A stretch of 64,000 bases of DNA from an uncultured Pseudomonadota bacterium (GTDB taxonomy: Bacteria > Pseudomonadota > Alphaproteobacteria > Rs-D84): contig CADARU010000004.1 in the NCBI GenBank assembly GCA_902790415.1, positions 397 through 64,396 of the forward strand, in the 5' to 3' direction. Below are positions 1-8,769 of this stretch, in pieces. Each line of letters starts with the position of its first letter. Positions within the stretch are counted from its first letter, which is position 1. The position numbers and the translations under genes were made by a program. The notes under the pieces were generated by a model. The model did not search any database, was not told the origin of the DNA, and saw only the letters and a program-made list of their open reading frames with translations.

Positions 1-70
1 CTGCGTTTGCTGCGCCGGCAGACAAGATTGCTGCGGCAAAGCCGAAGAACATAATATTTTTTACTTTCAT
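1..70 (-). CDS. Surface-protein family member; only the N-terminal signal peptide is in the window (gene runs off the left edge)
   Basis: The reverse strand from ATG at 70 reads MKVKNIMFFGFAAAILSAGAA... It is nucleotide-identical for 62 nt to the start of the gene at 2166(+) and for 53 nt to the gene at 4395(-). It has the same AAGGAACGATT-ATG ribosome-binding context. Confidence 0.6.
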   Translation of the reverse strand, partial: MKVKNIMFFGFAAAILSAGAANA

Positions 71-80
71 AATCGTTCCT

Positions 81-129
81 TTTTGTTTGTTTGTTGTTTT
101 GTTGTTTGTTTGTTTTGTTTTTTGTTGTT
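81..129. repeat. T/G-rich simple-sequence tract ((CAAA/CAA)n on the coding strand) between the 546-aa gene and the edge gene
   Basis: The plus strand reads ttttgtttgtttgttgttttgttgtttgtttgttttgttttttgttgtt. It replaces the conserved leader seen upstream of the two paralogs. Confidence 0.7.
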
Positions 130-150
130 AAAAAACCTCCGTTTTGTCAA

Positions 151-1764
151 CTATTGTTGTACAGGTACCCATTGACGAACACCGTCAACAACACTTAACA
201 CGTATTGATTGCCATCATCTGGCGCGGCATCAATTAAGTTCAATGCCGCCTGGATGTCTGTTGCCATTTTCGTTCTTTCAATCGCCGCATCATCCGAAAC
301 CAAATCATTGGTAATCAAATCTTCGTATGCCAAATCGCCCAGACCTGATACACCAGGTACCGCCGCAATCGCCGCATCAACTTCGCTTTTGGTGTAATAA
401 TCACCACTGGCCGAAACTTTTCCATCTGACCCGACCGCCATTACTTTGCCGGCCTCAGAAGTACCTTGGTCAATGTCAACTTTGCCATCGACCGCCGTTG
501 TAATTACCGTATCGGTTTGAGACGATGTATAATAATTAGACATATCTGGGCCAACAGCTGATTTATCGGCAACCGTAATATTGCCAGACTCATCGGTAAC
601 CAAAACTTTATTTTCTCTGCCTGCGCCTTGGGCTTTATCAACCTTGCCAGACAAATCGATACCTGCAACCGCCGTTGTAATCGCCGTATCGGTTTCAGAC
701 GATGTATAATAATTAGACATATCTGGGCCAACATCCGATTTATCGGCAACCGTAATATTACCAGATTCATCGGTAATCAAAACTTTGTTTTCGTTGCCTG
801 TACCTAAATCCTTGTCTAACTTATCCGCCGCCGCCGTTGCAATCGCCGTATCGGTTTCGGTTTTGTTATAGTAATCGGACATATCTGGACTTAATGTCGA
901 AACCTCGGACGGAACAACATTACCAAATGCATCTGTCGTTAAAACCTTGTTCGCATTAAGCACACCTTGGGCTTTGTCAACCTTGCCAGACAAATCGATA
1001 CCTGCGACCGCCGCCGCAATCGCCGCATCGGCCTCTGATTGGGTATAAGTTTCGGATTTAGTATAATAGTTAGATAAATCAATGCCCGCAATCGCCGCCG
1101 CAATTTCATCATCAACATAGTTAACGGTTGCGTAATCCGACATGTCGCCACGAATTGTATCCAGGGCAATTAACTCTTTCCATGTTGGTTCGCCAACATA
1201 ACGCCACAACAGATGTGTCGCGTTTGTACCCATTTCAATTTCTGCGCCGGTCATGCCAGACAATTCGTCTTTCAATGCCGCAAATTCTAATACAACTTCA
1301 TTTTTATCGTTGATTGTAATAAATTCAGAACCATCCAGATTATCTTGCTTGTCCATACTTAAACCTTGGATATTACTTTCCATCGTATCCAAACGTTTGG
1401 TTAAATCACTGGATAAATTACTGGAACTGACCGATACTGGACGGGATGCACCAACATATTTACCAATAGATAAACGTGGTGTCGTTACGGTGCGCCCAAC
1501 CGTTGTCGTATTTGGTGTGGTCTTGGGAGTTGTGCCGGACAACGTTGCCGCCTTGGTTGTTGTACGCGCCGCAGGCATCACGCGTAAAGAACCCGCACGT
1601 GAAGAAGTACCCACACTTGATGTGTCGTTATCAGCACTGGCCGCCGCCGCAGACGTATACGCATTATCGCCACCAATCACACGAATAGACGGTGCCGCAT
1701 ACACAGTTGCAGACATCCCCGCCATAACACAAAACATTGCGATAAAAGACGCTTTTGTTCCCAT
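151..1764 (-). CDS. Secreted repeat protein with tail-fibre-like ~55-60 aa tandem repeats
   Basis: ORF 151..1791, trimmed to the ATG giving MGTKASFIAMFCVMAGMSATVYA (Sec-type signal peptide). An S/T/R-rich linker is followed by repeated DMS(N/D)YY(T/N)..ETDTAI...GIDLSGKVDKAQG...NKVL(V/I)TDESGNITVADKS units. Function unknown. Confidence 0.7.
   Translation of the reverse strand: MGTKASFIAMFCVMAGMSATVYAAPSIRVIGGDNAYTSAAAASADNDTSSVGTSSRAGSLRVMPAARTTTKAATLSGTTPKTTPNTTTVGRTVTTPRLSIGKYVGASRPVSVSSSNLSSDLTKRLDTMESNIQGLSMDKQDNLDGSEFITINDKNEVVLEFAALKDELSGMTGAEIEMGTNATHLLWRYVGEPTWKELIALDTIRGDMSDYATVNYVDDEIAAAIAGIDLSNYYTKSETYTQSEADAAIAAAVAGIDLSGKVDKAQGVLNANKVLTTDAFGNVVPSEVSTLSPDMSDYYNKTETDTAIATAAADKLDKDLGTGNENKVLITDESGNITVADKSDVGPDMSNYYTSSETDTAITTAVAGIDLSGKVDKAQGAGRENKVLVTDESGNITVADKSAVGPDMSNYYTSSQTDTVITTAVDGKVDIDQGTSEAGKVMAVGSDGKVSASGDYYTKSEVDAAIAAVPGVSGLGDLAYEDLITNDLVSDDAAIERTKMATDIQAALNLIDAAPDDGNQYVLSVVDGVRQWVPVQQ
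375..1150 (-). repeat. Intragenic tandem repeats (period about 180 nt, 4-5 units) in the 546-aa gene
   Basis: Near-identical DNA blocks are visible, for example gtataataattagacatatctgggccaaca at ~527 and ~706. The protein units begin with DMS(D/N)YY. Confidence 0.7.
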
Positions 1765-2086
1765 TACAAAATCTCTCTTTCCTTGCCACATATTATATCA
1801 CAAAAAAGGGTGTTCACAAAATCGTTTTTCAAAAAAAATTTATATTTTTTTATGTACTACAACAATAAAAAAAATGGCTGTTTTTTGCGGCTGTACAAAA
1901 AAGTTGTCGTTTCGCAAGTATTTTTTTTACAAAAAAAAATTACATTTTTTTAGAAAAAAAATCCGTCAGTAAAATGCATTTTGCATAAAATTTTTTCATA
2001 AAAAACACACATATTTTTTATAGGCCTCGTGATGTATATATACATTATATATATGTACACATTTTTCCACACTATATATAAATACA

Positions 2087-2165
2087 AACCCAAGCGTCAA
2101 AAAGCACCATTTATGTCCCCCGACACAAAAAAGCCGTTTGTGATTGGGGTCAAAAAGGAACGATT
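2087..2165 (+). promoter_or_regulatory. Conserved 5' leader, copy A, of the surface-protein family, with hairpin 2117..2149 just upstream of the SD
   Basis: This 79-nt segment is about 90% identical to the reverse complement of 4396..4474. It contains the stem CCCCCGACACAAA / TTTGTGATTGGGG and the SD AAGGAA. Confidence 0.55.
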
Positions 2166-2861
2166 ATGAAAGTAAAAAATATTATGTTCTTCGGCTTTGC
2201 CGCAGCAATCTTGTCTGCCGGCGCAGCGAGTGCAGCAGCAACTGCTACATTTAGTCCGGCAGTATCAGCTCCAGATGCAGCAGGTCGTCAGATTGTATCT
2301 TCTAAATCATATGTTGATAGCGTAGCAACCAACATCGCAGGTCAATTAAAATCAGTTGCAGTTACAGGCAATTACAATGATTTGGATAACAAACCGACAG
2401 TTGATACAACATATGATTCAGAAAGTTCTAATGCACAATCAGGTACTGCTGTTGCTGGTGCTATCACTCAAGCTTTATCTGATGCGGCGGCTGCACAAGT
2501 ACAGTCTGACTGGACTGAAACCAATACTAGCTCTAAAGCATATATCGCAAATAAGCCAAATTTAGCACCTGTTGCAACAAGTGGTAGTTATAACAGTTTG
2601 ACCGACACTCCGACAGTTGATACAACATTCAGTGCATCTAGCACCAATGCGGCAACATCAGCAGCTATCGCTACTTATATCAACAATCAAAACTTTACAA
2701 CTGTTGATAGCGTTATCCCAGCGAAACCATCTTTCTGCACAGACGCTAATCCATGCGCTCTGTTACAAGACGCGAGTGGTTACAACTGGTACACTATGGC
2801 GACAGATCAATCTGCAACTCGTCAAGCCGGTACTGATGAAAAACCGAATCCAAGATTGTAA
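2166..2861 (+). CDS. Secreted surface protein (family signal peptide; repeated G.Y(N/.)(D/S)L.(N/D).PTVDTT motifs)
   Basis: Signal peptide MKVKNIMFFGFAAAILSAGAASA. Two copies of the motif are present: GNYNDLDNKPTVDTT and GSYNSLTDTPTVDTT. The C-terminal KPSFCTDANPCA...W motif is shared with the 2929..4395 gene. Confidence 0.7.
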   Translation: MKVKNIMFFGFAAAILSAGAASAAATATFSPAVSAPDAAGRQIVSSKSYVDSVATNIAGQLKSVAVTGNYNDLDNKPTVDTTYDSESSNAQSGTAVAGAITQALSDAAAAQVQSDWTETNTSSKAYIANKPNLAPVATSGSYNSLTDTPTVDTTFSASSTNAATSAAIATYINNQNFTTVDSVIPAKPSFCTDANPCALLQDASGYNWYTMATDQSATRQAGTDEKPNPRL

Positions 2862-2883
2862 TCTTGTTAGGTTAAACAAACTA

Positions 2884-2908
2884 AAAACCCCAGGAATCCT
2901 GGGGTTTT
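2884..2908. terminator. Bidirectional rho-independent terminator between convergent genes
   Basis: The palindrome aaaaccccagg-aa-tcctggggtttt has A/T tracts on both sides. Confidence 0.7.
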
Positions 2909-2928
2909 GATTTGGTTTTAATTGACTA

Positions 2929-4395
2929 TTAGATAGCCATTGGAACCCAGGCATTGTTAACCCATGCACAAGGATTTGTACTTGTACAAGTATCTGGTTT
3001 TGCAATGCTTGTCCATGTGCCATCGGTATTACCAACCGCGTAATTAGCTGTTGCTGTCGCCTGTTTACCGGCAATCGCTGTGGTATTAGTCGCGATTTGT
3101 GCAATGTTTGTGGTGGTTGCACCAGAATTCAAAGCATCCTGTTGACCTTGTGTCATCGTGGTCCATCCGCCAGATGAATTACCCATTTGATAATCAGCAC
3201 CTGACTTATCTTGTTTATTCGCTACACCAGTCGAAGTGTTGTTGGCCGCGATTTGTTCAGCAACATAACTTTGAACATTCTTTGAAGATGGGTAGTTTGT
3301 ATCACTGTTGCTAACTGTCGAGGTTTCTGATCCACCTTGTGCCTCTAATGCGACTGTTTGTTTACTTGCGATTGTATCTGCATAACCATCATATGTTGAT
3401 ACTTTTGCAGCAGTAATACCAGAATTCAAGGCATTAACTTGAGCTGTTGTGGCCGCTTGCCATGTACCACCTGTCATACCAAACTGATAATCTGCTGTTG
3501 ACTTGGTCTGTTTGTTTGATACATCTGCTGTTGCACTGCTTACCAAACCTTCAACCGCACCAACTGTCGGCACCCATACGTCATCTTCTGAGAGAGCTAT
3601 TCCATCCATACTATCTACAATTTTTTTACCGGAATCTTTTGTATTACCATTAGCATCCCATGTTGCGATATTGTTTTGAGATGCACCTGTTACTTTTGCT
3701 TGTGCATAGCCAATAACTTGTGCGGATGTTGGAACAAGAGAACCGTTATTTGTTGTGGACAAAGTACCAGATGCTTCATCAAATCGACGTCCAGAAGAAT
3801 GAGAACTACCTGTAGAATTAAAGCTAGCGATATCACCTTCTTGTGCATTAGTATCTTTGTTCTGTTTGCCACCAACGACATCTGCCACTATAGTTCCCAT
3901 CTGAGCAAGTTGAGTTGCTGTTGCTACACCTGTATCACTTGCAAGTGTTGCAATATCTTCTTCGCCGTCAATTACTACTGTCGAATAATCTTTATCTGCT
4001 GCGGTACCTAATGATTTTGCACCATATGTTCCCTCTGTTGCGGTATAGGTTACAACCTGACCGTTGCTCCCTGTAAATGTTGGTTTGTTGTCAATATAAC
4101 CTGCTGTACCAGATGCTGCGTTCCAGTTTGGTGCCACGATTGCAACATTACCGTTAGAATCCGGGGTTACCGCCGTGCCGTTTTGGGTAACGCTTTTTAC
4201 CGGTGAACCCGCATTATTAATATCATCTTTCAATGAATTGGCCGCGGTATCCACATAATATTTGGATGTAACGGTTTGCTTTGCGGTTGCCAAGGCATCA
4301 CCTGTTGGAACCGGCACTTTGTCATACGCGCTTGCGGCACCAGCAGACAAGATTGCTGCGGCAAAGCCGAAGAACATAATATTTTTTACTTTCAT
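2929..4395 (-). CDS. Secreted surface protein (family signal peptide; tail-fibre/adhesin-like repeats)
   Basis: ORF 2929..4503, trimmed to the internal ATG at 4395, which gives the family signal peptide MKVKNIMFFGFAAAILSAGAASA. It carries repeated NKQ.KS.ADYQ.G...GGW......Q.ALNSG units and ends KPDTCTSTNPCAWVNNAWVPMAI. Confidence 0.7.
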   Translation of the reverse strand: MKVKNIMFFGFAAAILSAGAASAYDKVPVPTGDALATAKQTVTSKYYVDTAANSLKDDINNAGSPVKSVTQNGTAVTPDSNGNVAIVAPNWNAASGTAGYIDNKPTFTGSNGQVVTYTATEGTYGAKSLGTAADKDYSTVVIDGEEDIATLASDTGVATATQLAQMGTIVADVVGGKQNKDTNAQEGDIASFNSTGSSHSSGRRFDEASGTLSTTNNGSLVPTSAQVIGYAQAKVTGASQNNIATWDANGNTKDSGKKIVDSMDGIALSEDDVWVPTVGAVEGLVSSATADVSNKQTKSTADYQFGMTGGTWQAATTAQVNALNSGITAAKVSTYDGYADTIASKQTVALEAQGGSETSTVSNSDTNYPSSKNVQSYVAEQIAANNTSTGVANKQDKSGADYQMGNSSGGWTTMTQGQQDALNSGATTTNIAQIATNTTAIAGKQATATANYAVGNTDGTWTSIAKPDTCTSTNPCAWVNNAWVPMAI

Positions 4396-4474
4396 AATCG
4401 TTCGTTTTTGACCCCCGTTACAAACGGATTTTTTGTATTGGGGGACATAAATGGTGCTTTTTGACGCTTGGGTT
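4396..4474 (-). promoter_or_regulatory. Conserved 5' leader, copy B, of the surface-protein family (hairpin at 4412..4444)
   Basis: Its reverse complement aligns with 2087..2165 with 7 mismatches, one of which is a compensatory pair in the stem. Confidence 0.55.
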
Positions 4475-4613
4475 GACCGCATAAGGTTTCTTGTTGATAT
4501 CATTGTGTCGGTATGGCGGAATTAAACAAGATATTGGGCCAGGGGGACGGCATCTCTTTTTTTTAATATACTTTTTGCAAAAAGATTTTTTATTTGTAAT
4601 AATCCACCTCGTT

Positions 4614-5642
4614 ATGAGGAAAAAATCCAAACAGCAATTCATAAAATTTATGTGGGCCATCGCCGCACTGTTTGCATTCGTTTTGTTCTTTACGTTTGCG
4701 ATTTATTCGCCGGTGGCGAAATCTGTGAATTTTGTTATAAATCCGGGCGATAGTGTTAATGTCGTTGCGCGACGTGTGGCCGGTGAAAAAATCGTTTTAA
4801 ACGATTCGGTGTTTAAAATTGCGATTCGCCTAAACGGTGGCAGGGTCCAGGCCGGCGAATACGAAATTCCGCGTGGGGCATCGGCATTGCGAATCGCAAA
4901 AATATTTTCACATGGAAAAATCGCAACGGTGGATATTTTAATTCCCGAAGGATTGACTCTGCGCCAGGTGCGCGATTTGTTGGCAAATTCAAAATATTTA
5001 TCGGGTGATGTTGAATGTGATTCTGGGCAACGTTGGGGCGCGGTGTGTCAAATATCTGATGGTGATATTTTCCCGGATACTTATCGTGTTGCGCGTGGAA
5101 CTTCACGTATGGCGGTTCTGGATTTGGCATATAAAAAAATGCAGGATATAAAAAAGAAATTTTTTGTTGCGGGTAATGTGCCGCCGGCACCACTAAGAAA
5201 CTGGAACGACGTTTTGATATTGGCTTCTATTGTGCAACGTGAAACACCAAAAAAATCAGAAATGCGAATCGTGGCCAGTGTGTATTTAAATCGTCTGCGC
5301 CGCGGTATGCGTTTGCAAGCAGACCCAACCGTTATCTATGCTTTGACCGATGGTTATGGTGATATGCAAGGTGCGCCGTTGTTGCGCGACCATTTGAAAT
5401 TAGACAGCCCCTATAACACATACAGAAATTCTGGTTTGCCACCGGCACCAATCGCAAATGTTGGTATGCATGCGATTCGCGCAGTGATGAATCCGGCAAA
5501 TACAAACTATTTATTTTTTGTTGCCGATGGTCGTGGCGGACATAAATTTTCAACGGACTTTGAGGGGCATTTAAAGAATCGTTTGGATTGGCGCGAAATA
5601 AAAAGACAGAAAAATCCAGAATTGCAAGACGTTTTTAAATAA
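4614..5642 (+). CDS. mltG: Endolytic murein transglycosylase MltG (YceG family)
   Basis: Start trimmed to MRKKSKQQ... followed by a TM helix. YceG-like motifs are present: DGDIFPDTY, LILASIVQRE, RLQADPTVIYA, SPYNTY...GLPPAPIANVG. Confidence 0.85.
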   Translation: MRKKSKQQFIKFMWAIAALFAFVLFFTFAIYSPVAKSVNFVINPGDSVNVVARRVAGEKIVLNDSVFKIAIRLNGGRVQAGEYEIPRGASALRIAKIFSHGKIATVDILIPEGLTLRQVRDLLANSKYLSGDVECDSGQRWGAVCQISDGDIFPDTYRVARGTSRMAVLDLAYKKMQDIKKKFFVAGNVPPAPLRNWNDVLILASIVQRETPKKSEMRIVASVYLNRLRRGMRLQADPTVIYALTDGYGDMQGAPLLRDHLKLDSPYNTYRNSGLPPAPIANVGMHAIRAVMNPANTNYLFFVADGRGGHKFSTDFEGHLKNRLDWREIKRQKNPELQDVFK

Positions 5643-5805
5643 AATATTTATCTGTTTTTCGAATCGGTTGCGTAGGGCAGGGTACCACATTTTTCGAGTA
5701 TTTGCAAAAATCTTTTTTCTTGAATTTCTTCCTAATATGTTTTTAAAATACAATTAACTAGGAGAGGATTTCTAGTTCCAATAAACATAAAGGAAAGGAT
5801 TTAAT

Positions 5806-6573
5806 ATGAAAAAAATTGCTTTGACATCTATGTTGGCTGTTTTTGCGGTTTCTGGCGCATATGCGGCAAATGCTATTGATGGTAATCCATTATATATGCC
5901 GGGCCAAGGTCATGCATACAGCGTAACATCTTTGGAATCTCACTCTGAAAACACAAACGCGTTTGGTTTGAACGAAGAATTTGGTTTTGGTGTAACCAAC
6001 AAATTGGCGGTTGCTGTTGATACAACCGTATCAGAAGATGAAGAATTTGATTATATGGCTTGGGATGATATGTCAATCAAGGCAACATTCCGTGCATTGG
6101 AAAAAGGCAACTGGAAAGCTGATTTGATCGGTGCATATACTCTTGGCCATGTTTGGGATGATCATCGTCCGTTCTTGGCGGAAGAAGACACAGGTTATAC
6201 GTGGACATTGGGTGCACGTGCGGGTTATGTTGCATCCAACTGGACTGTTGCTGGTCACGTAGCATTTAACTATTTGGGTGATGAATCCTTCAACTGGAAT
6301 GAAGAAGGCGAACACATTTGGGCTTTGGGATTGGATGCTCAATACTTGATCGATTCCAATTGGAATTTGGTTGCTGGTGTTGAATATGAAGGCAAGACCG
6401 ATGATTGGGCACATGATGCAGGTGAATGGAATGGTTACTTTGGTGTAAACTATAACATCGATGCGACAAAATTCGTTGGTGCATATGTCAATGGTTCCAT
6501 GGCTCATGACACTGGCGATTGGGAATGGGAAGATGGATTTGGTTATGGTATCAAATTCGGTATCCAATTCTAA
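5806..6573 (+). CDS. Putative outer-membrane beta-barrel protein (paralog 1)
   Basis: Signal peptide MKKIALTSMLAVFAVSGAYA, alternating aromatic/Gly-rich strands and a C-terminal Phe (..GIQF). It is a paralog of 6706..7500. Confidence 0.6.
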   Translation: MKKIALTSMLAVFAVSGAYAANAIDGNPLYMPGQGHAYSVTSLESHSENTNAFGLNEEFGFGVTNKLAVAVDTTVSEDEEFDYMAWDDMSIKATFRALEKGNWKADLIGAYTLGHVWDDHRPFLAEEDTGYTWTLGARAGYVASNWTVAGHVAFNYLGDESFNWNEEGEHIWALGLDAQYLIDSNWNLVAGVEYEGKTDDWAHDAGEWNGYFGVNYNIDATKFVGAYVNGSMAHDTGDWEWEDGFGYGIKFGIQF

Positions 6574-6591
6574 TACAGTAGATACAAATAG

Positions 6592-6619
6592 AAACGGGCC
6601 AATTGGTCCGTTTTTTTTT
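6592..6619 (+). terminator. Rho-independent terminator
   Basis: Stem aaacgggcc-aatt-ggtccgttt followed by T9. Confidence 0.75.
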
Positions 6620-6620
6620 G

Positions 6621-6648
6621 TTGAGAAAATTCCTAAAAGTAGTACAAT
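6621..6648 (+). promoter_or_regulatory. Sigma70-like promoter for OMP paralog 2
   Basis: TTGAGA (6621..6626), a 16-nt spacer, then TACAAT (6643..6648). Confidence 0.5.
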
Positions 6649-6705
6649 GAAACTAACTAGACAATGTTTTCTAGTATTAAATGTAACAAATGAAAGGAAA
6701 AAAAC

Positions 6706-7500
6706 ATGAAAAAAATTGCTTTGACATCTTTGTTGGCGGCATTGGTTGCATCTGGCGCAAACGCGGCGGCAAAGAATGTTTTGGACGGCAATCCGTTGTA
6801 TATGCCGGCCAAAGGACACTTCGTCAGTGAAACAACAGTTGATTCTGCAACATATGCAAGTCGCGACTGGACATTGGGTGAACGTTTCGGTTGGGGAATT
6901 ACTGACCGTTTGGCAGTTGCGGTTGAAACTTCTGTTTCTGAAACTGCGTTGTTCTCTAACTTCTCTTGGAACGAAGTTGCTGTTGATGCCGCATGGCGTT
7001 TAATTGGTGACGGTGCATGGAAATTAGATGTTGTTGGTGGTTATGGTGTTGATTCAATGCGCGCATATCATCATCACTTCTGGGACAAAGATGCAACAAT
7101 TTATGCATGGAATGCCGGTGTTCGTGGTGGTTACGTTACAAAAGATTGGACTTTGATGGCACATGCTAACTTTATCTATGCAAATTCTGAATCTTTCAAC
7201 TGGGGCAATGACACAGATATGTGGATGAACCACATTTTGAATATTGGTTTCGGCGGTCATTGGCAAATGAACGATTTCTGGAGCACTGTTGTAACCGCAG
7301 ATTATATGAAGGTTATGGATCGTTATGGCGAACCATATAACACCGGTGCCTGGGAATTGACCGCAGGTTTGAATTTGAACTTGGATGCATCTAAATATGT
7401 TGGTATCTATGTTTCTAAAGATATTGAACATGTTGCCCAAGGTGTATGGGAAGTTCAAGACGGTTTTGGTTTCGGTGCCAAATTCGGTGTTGATTTCTAA
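6706..7500 (+). CDS. Putative outer-membrane beta-barrel protein (paralog 2)
   Basis: Signal peptide MKKIALTSLLAALVASGANA. It shares the DGNPLYMP and LAVAV(D/E)T motifs with paralog 1 and ends in Phe (..GVDF). Confidence 0.6.
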   Translation: MKKIALTSLLAALVASGANAAAKNVLDGNPLYMPAKGHFVSETTVDSATYASRDWTLGERFGWGITDRLAVAVETSVSETALFSNFSWNEVAVDAAWRLIGDGAWKLDVVGGYGVDSMRAYHHHFWDKDATIYAWNAGVRGGYVTKDWTLMAHANFIYANSESFNWGNDTDMWMNHILNIGFGGHWQMNDFWSTVVTADYMKVMDRYGEPYNTGAWELTAGLNLNLDASKYVGIYVSKDIEHVAQGVWEVQDGFGFGAKFGVDF

Positions 7501-7521
7501 AAACCGTACATATGTGAATAT

Positions 7522-7547
7522 AACGGGTCGGTTTCGGCCCGTTTTTT
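7522..7547 (+). terminator. Rho-independent terminator
   Basis: Stem acgggtcg-gttt-cggcccgt followed by a T-tract. Confidence 0.75.
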
Positions 7548-7653
7548 ATTTATAGTGGTTAGTGTTAGTGGTTGGTGAGCGGTCTTTCGCGACCATGTCG
7601 CGATGGGTAGTTGGGGTAGGGGTAAAAAAACGCAAGAAAACCTGTATTTTTCC

Positions 7654-7682
7654 TTGACAACAGTGGGGTTTGGGGTTATAGT
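7654..7682 (+). promoter_or_regulatory. Sigma70-like promoter of the str operon
   Basis: TTGACA (7654..7659), a 17-nt spacer, then TATAGT (7677..7682), about 150 nt upstream of rpsL. Confidence 0.6.
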
Positions 7683-7831
7683 TAACTCGCTTTCTGTGTA
7701 ATTAAGGAAAGTAAAAAACACAAAAAAGTGCCGTAAAATGACAGATTTATAATTGCGGATTAACCGTTAAAATAAGTCTGATACGGTCTTTTGTGCAAGA
7801 AAAACGTTAAGTAAAAACAAAGAGATATTGA

Positions 7832-8203
7832 ATGCCAACAGTGAATCAACTGATTCGGAAACCTCGTAAAAAAGTCGTCGCGAAAAAATCGGCGGCTGAT
7901 ATGATGGAAAATCCGCAGAAACGTGGTGTTTGCACACGTGTGTACACAACCACACCTAAAAAACCTAACTCTGCGCAACGTAAGGTTGCCCGTGTTAAAT
8001 TGGCCAATGGTCGTGAGGTTACGGCCTATATCCCTGGTGAAGGTCATAATTTGCAAGAACACAGCGTTGTTATGATACGTGGCGGTCGTGTAAAGGACTT
8101 GCCCGGTGTTAAATATCATATCATTCGTGGTGTTTTAGATACCAAGGGTGTAGAGAGCAGAAAACAAGGTCGTTCTTTGTATGGTGCAAAGAAAGCAAAA
8201 TAA
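7832..8203 (+). CDS. rpsL: 30S ribosomal protein S12
   Basis: The translation [10 protein letters not shown]...[11 protein letters not shown]...[10 protein letters not shown] is unmistakably S12, and the gene heads the str operon. Confidence 0.97.
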   Translation: MPTVNQLIRKPRKKVVAKKSAADMMENPQKRGVCTRVYTTTPKKPNSAQRKVARVKLANGREVTAYIPGEGHNLQEHSVVMIRGGRVKDLPGVKYHIIRGVLDTKGVESRKQGRSLYGAKKAK

Positions 8204-8271
8204 TTAAATGCATACGGTTCGCCGTATGAGTAATTCGGGTTATCCCGGGTGAAGACAAAAAAGGAAAAAAT

Positions 8272-8745
8272 ATGTCAAGACGTAAAGCCGCAGCAAAACG
8301 TGAAATTTTACCAGATTCTAAATATAATAATCTGGTTGTTGCGAAATGTATTAATGTTGTTATGCAAGATGGTAAAAAGGAAGTTGCCGAAGCGATTGTA
8401 TATGGTGCTTTGGAACGTTTGAAAAAAATCGCAAAAGATGGCGATGAATTGGTTTCCTTCTTGGAAGCGGTTGATGCCGTAAAACCATCTGTTGAAGTAA
8501 AAGGTCGTCGTGTTGGTGGTGCAACATACCAGGTTCCTGTTGAAGTTCGTAAAGAACGTCAGCAAACATTGGCTTTGCGTTGGATTATCGGTTCCGCACG
8601 TAAACGCGGTGAACGTTCAATGGAAGAACGTTTGTTTGCAGAGTTGCGTGACGCGTTAAATGGTACAGGTGCCGCGTTTAAAAAGAAAATCGACACACAC
8701 AAAATGGCAGAGGCCAACAAGGCGTTTGCTCATTTCCGTTGGTAA
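8272..8745 (+). CDS. rpsG: 30S ribosomal protein S7
   Basis: S7-like translation ([18 protein letters not shown]...[10 protein letters not shown]), located after rpsL. Confidence 0.96.
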   Translation: MSRRKAAAKREILPDSKYNNLVVAKCINVVMQDGKKEVAEAIVYGALERLKKIAKDGDELVSFLEAVDAVKPSVEVKGRRVGGATYQVPVEVRKERQQTLALRWIIGSARKRGERSMEERLFAELRDALNGTGAAFKKKIDTHKMAEANKAFAHFRW

Positions 8746-8769
8746 TAAATATAAGAAAAGGAAAGATAA

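Noticed and set aside
1253-1972. 239-aa plus-strand ORF
   Set aside because: It is antisense to the repeat-protein gene (151..1764) and extends into the AT-rich intergenic region. Its low-complexity translation mirrors the repeats on the other strand.
151-4395. Prophage remnant, suggested by tail-fibre-like repeats
   Set aside because: All three proteins have Sec signal peptides and a shared cellular-type leader. No capsid, terminase, baseplate, integrase or lysis genes are nearby. They are treated as bacterial surface proteins of possible phage-fibre ancestry.
6073-6819. 248-aa minus-strand ORF spanning the two OMP genes and their intergenic terminator
   Set aside because: It is a shadow ORF antisense to two well-supported paralogous genes, and it crosses a terminator and a promoter. 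It has no signal or start context.
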